A stretch of DNA of 63,831 nucleotides, counting the filler, from Dirinaria sp. TL-2023a (lineage: Eukaryota): NCBI GenBank assembly GCA_051941275.1. It is 8 parts of 8 records of this genome, joined end to end, with 100 filler letters (N's around TTAATTAATTAA, not from the genome) between each part and the next. Parts side by side here need not be neighbours in the genome. Positions count along the whole stretch, not along the records: positions 55,981 to 63,831 come from JAVEBF010001264.1; 7 more parts are not named here. One strand, 5' to 3'. The translations under genes and the position numbers were made by a program. Of the stretch, positions 61,087 to 63,831 are shown in pieces (positions within the stretch are counted from its first letter, which is position 1; the number at the start of each line of letters is the position of its first letter). Below the pieces are notes generated by a model. It had not been told where the DNA came from. It did not search any database and saw only the letters and a list, made by a program, of their open reading frames with translations.

Positions 61087-62846
61087 GGTGGAGATGGAGT
61101 CTGGAATGTAGATGTGGGCTTTTCAGTAAATGCTGTGATCTGAGATGTAGAATGGAACGCAATGTTGAAGAGACTCCATGGCTTTATATAGAGATCTTGA
61201 ACCAGGCAGAGCCACATGAGAATTGAAATTTTACTGCCGACACCGTCAGAGTTCAGATCATGACGTGCTTGACTTTCGTAAAGTCAGAACCTGACGCTTT
61301 CGTAGTTCGGAGTCCAGATGTATTGTTGTCCGAGATACAGCTGAAGAGTGAAAATTGGCTGCCTAGCAGGTGTACAGCCCATTCTTGCCATCTAACTTGA
61401 AGTAGTTGACCTTGCGCGGGTGGGCAGACTAAAAAATGTCGATGCCTGATAGCTTGGGGAAGCTGATCGGAGAACGGAAGCCGTAGGCAGTGCAATAGAA
61501 GAATGACGACATGTTGGTAGAAGATTGCGGATGTACAATTCACAAACTTAGAAGAGCGGGGTTGGGGCAAATTTGTTCACTAGAACGCGAAAAGCGGGAA
61601 TTGACGTGGGGGTTTCCGGCGGAGTCGTAGATCCTTGTTTCCGGGCCATACAGAGCCAGCAACAGCATGAGAGGAATAATGAGAAAGGTAACAAACCTAC
61701 ATTAAGTTATAAAGTACTGCGAGGAAGTAACCCTCTAAACCATGCATTGAAGTTCGAGGATCGAGATGGATGTCAAAAGATCATATTCAGTCTCATGCTC
61801 CACTGACTGCACGCCGCCTCAACACCATGCCAGGTGCTTAATTGGCCACCAACAGGCAGCGATCTAACGTGGCTAGCTGCAGGTGTTATTTTCTCCCGCG
61901 CTTGCGCATGCTTAGACGCCCAACACAAAAGGCATTCGCCAGGAGCATTACTAAAGTAAGGTAGTCATCTCGGCACTGGAAGCGAATCTCATCAATTCGC
62001 TTCTCCACTGATGGCATATGTCCAAATCGAGCTCTGATGCGTAGAGGTCATGTATGCTGGATGGTAGTATTGCCAGGCTTCCGGTTGTTCTAGTTATCAG
62101 TTAATCGATAATTCAGGCGCGAAAATTTCTGACAAGAAGCTGTTGATGTGTGAGCCCATGACATCGTCTGTGGTTTGAAAGGCATCTGTTGCTGGAAGGA
62201 GCTTAAGCCGAACATCACCCGCTCCGTCATAGTTCTCTAGAAGCAGCAAATAAGGATTCACTAAAACTTAGTATCATTTCTGAAGATATGTTACAGCGCC
62301 AGCTGAAGCATTCAGCATGTCGAAGTCGTAGGCGGTGTTGTAGGACTGCCAACGAGTATGATGTGCCACAGCGAGTCCAACTCCTTCTGCCGCAGGTACT
62401 GCCCAGCAGTAAACATGGAAGAACGTCTGCCGTACTTTCCCTAGGGATTTATCCACGGCCTTATTATACATAAGAACACCACCAGAAGCAAGTCTTAGGT
62501 CCTATAAGCCCGAAGTACTTGGACGTTTAGACATGTTCAACGGCCAAAGATCCAGCAATCCTTGAAAACTGTGCGGTAGAATATCAAGATCGAAAAAAAA
62601 TTATATCGAGCAAAAGAAAGGGCTCTATGTAATCAGTATGAGCTCGCCCAAGTAGACACAATCATCAAGCCTTTCTTCCTCAGTACGATAGCTTGAGCTA
62701 TTTAGACCCTCTTCGAATTAGAAATTCGAAAGAGGATTGACAATATAAGCAAGATATTCACTCTGAGCCATCCTGGAAAAAGATGATTTTCGATACATCG
62801 CTGCTCGTTTCAGTCTTTCGCAGTGGACAGAGTATTGGTAGCAGCA

Positions 62847-63831
62847 TTAAGTCGAGTCGAGGAAATTTGCGCTCGGTGGATCGCGGTCTAACATATAGGC
62901 GAACTTCTCCTTGATATCTTCCCTCTTCAAATACTCCGGCACATCTGGGTTATTGTCTATGCGATCGTAGACCTCCCCTTCCCTATCAAACAGGTCTAGT
63001 CCCTGTCTCACAAGCTGTAGTAACCTCTGCTCCTGCGTAAAGAAGGGTTGGTTCCAGCCCTTGTGGGAGAAGGACGTAATCTTATTGACCATATCACCCA
63101 ACGAAGGCAGACAAGAGCTGCAATGCCAAGCGGCGTTATACAGCTCGGCATCTGCTTTTCCGTGGCGAAGATCTGGGTCAGGCTTCACTGTATTCGTAGG
63201 CCCATCATAGTAGGTCGCTTGTGGGTGGGCCCATTGCTCTCCTCGATGCTGCCACTGGAAGCTGTAGTAGTAGAATTGGCTTCTGAGTGTGACTTTGGGA
63301 GGGAAGGCGCAGTTGCGAAGAGCCTTGACGGTCGAGGGACGCGGTATCTCGTCGATGTCGGCAACGATCAAGACATCGCCTTTTGTAGGAGCCCTGTCAC
63401 CTGTCTGAGACGCTAATGCCTGGTGAAACATGGCATTACGGATAAAGCGCTCGTGCTCCCAGGTGTCCCCTTGGGGTAGGTTCGCGCCTGTGAAGTCGAC
63501 AACATGATGGATGATCTTGTCGTGAAACGGTTTGAAGCGAGACCAATGCTCTAGCAGGTATAGAGGCTTGGATCCTTCCTGAAAGGTAGTAGAGGCTTCT
63601 AAGATGACGAAGTAGTCGACTTCAGAAGCTAGTTCATTGAGACGGACTTCTAGCCAGTCAAGCTCGGTGTTGATAAGAAAGAAATCATACACTTTGCGAG
63701 GTCGGTCTCTCGCTGTGTATATGTCCCATCGCCGCCTCTGACAGAATTCTATTGCCTCTTGTTGCAACAAAAAGCCATGCACGGGCTCGGCCGTAGTAGC
63801 AGCATAATCGCCATGGTAAGCAGCTGCAGGT
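62847..63831 (-). CDS. Glycosyltransferase family 17 (MGAT3-like beta-1,4-GlcNAc transferase), 5' truncated
   Basis: KVYDFFLINTELDWLEVRL, FVILE, ADIDEIP (DxD), YYYSF and WHCSSC..KITSFSH. The frame is open to the window end. Confidence 0.92.
   Translation of the reverse strand, partial: PAAAYHGDYAATTAEPVHGFLLQQEAIEFCQRRRWDIYTARDRPRKVYDFFLINTELDWLEVRLNELASEVDYFVILEASTTFQEGSKPLYLLEHWSRFKPFHDKIIHHVVDFTGANLPQGDTWEHERFIRNAMFHQALASQTGDRAPTKGDVLIVADIDEIPRPSTVKALRNCAFPPKVTLRSQFYYYSFQWQHRGEQWAHPQATYYDGPTNTVKPDPDLRHGKADAELYNAAWHCSSCLPSLGDMVNKITSFSHKGWNQPFFTQEQRLLQLVRQGLDLFDREGEVYDRIDNNPDVPEYLKREDIKEKFAYMLDRDPPSANFLDST

Overview
This is eukaryotic, intron-containing DNA from a filamentous ascomycete (Pezizomycotina). 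A lichen-forming Lecanoromycete is plausible from the secreted-protein types, but that is inference only. The window is not one locus. It is eight unlinked contigs of about 7.9 kb, in decreasing size order (7930, 7926, 7925, 7896, 7874, 7868, 7861, 7851 bp), joined by an artificial 100-bp linker (44 N + TTAATTAATTAA + 44 N). Gene models were rebuilt by hand from GT..AG introns. They include a GYF-domain protein, a Zn2Cys6 transcription factor, coatomer beta' (SEC27), an M43 metalloprotease, three further secreted proteins on the same contig, a PTH11-like membrane protein, a CYP7/8-like P450, a TenA-fold protein, an SDR fragment, an MDR oxidoreductase, a 4-TM protein, a two-domain conserved protein, GH17 BtgC, an MCT-type MFS transporter, a two-repeat small protein and a GT17. 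There are also three pseudogenes. The most notable observations are: (1) the whole MFS gene sits between ~250-280 bp inverted repeats; (2) two unlinked orphan secreted proteins share a PIx[VI]TxxxV[DE]xAIRDY motif; (3) a TenA-like protein has a probable signal peptide and appears to keep its catalytic residues; (4) a patatin pseudogene is interrupted by a 142-bp insert with a 5-bp target-site duplication; (5) a decayed gene contains twin 48-nt introns that are better conserved than their flanking exons.
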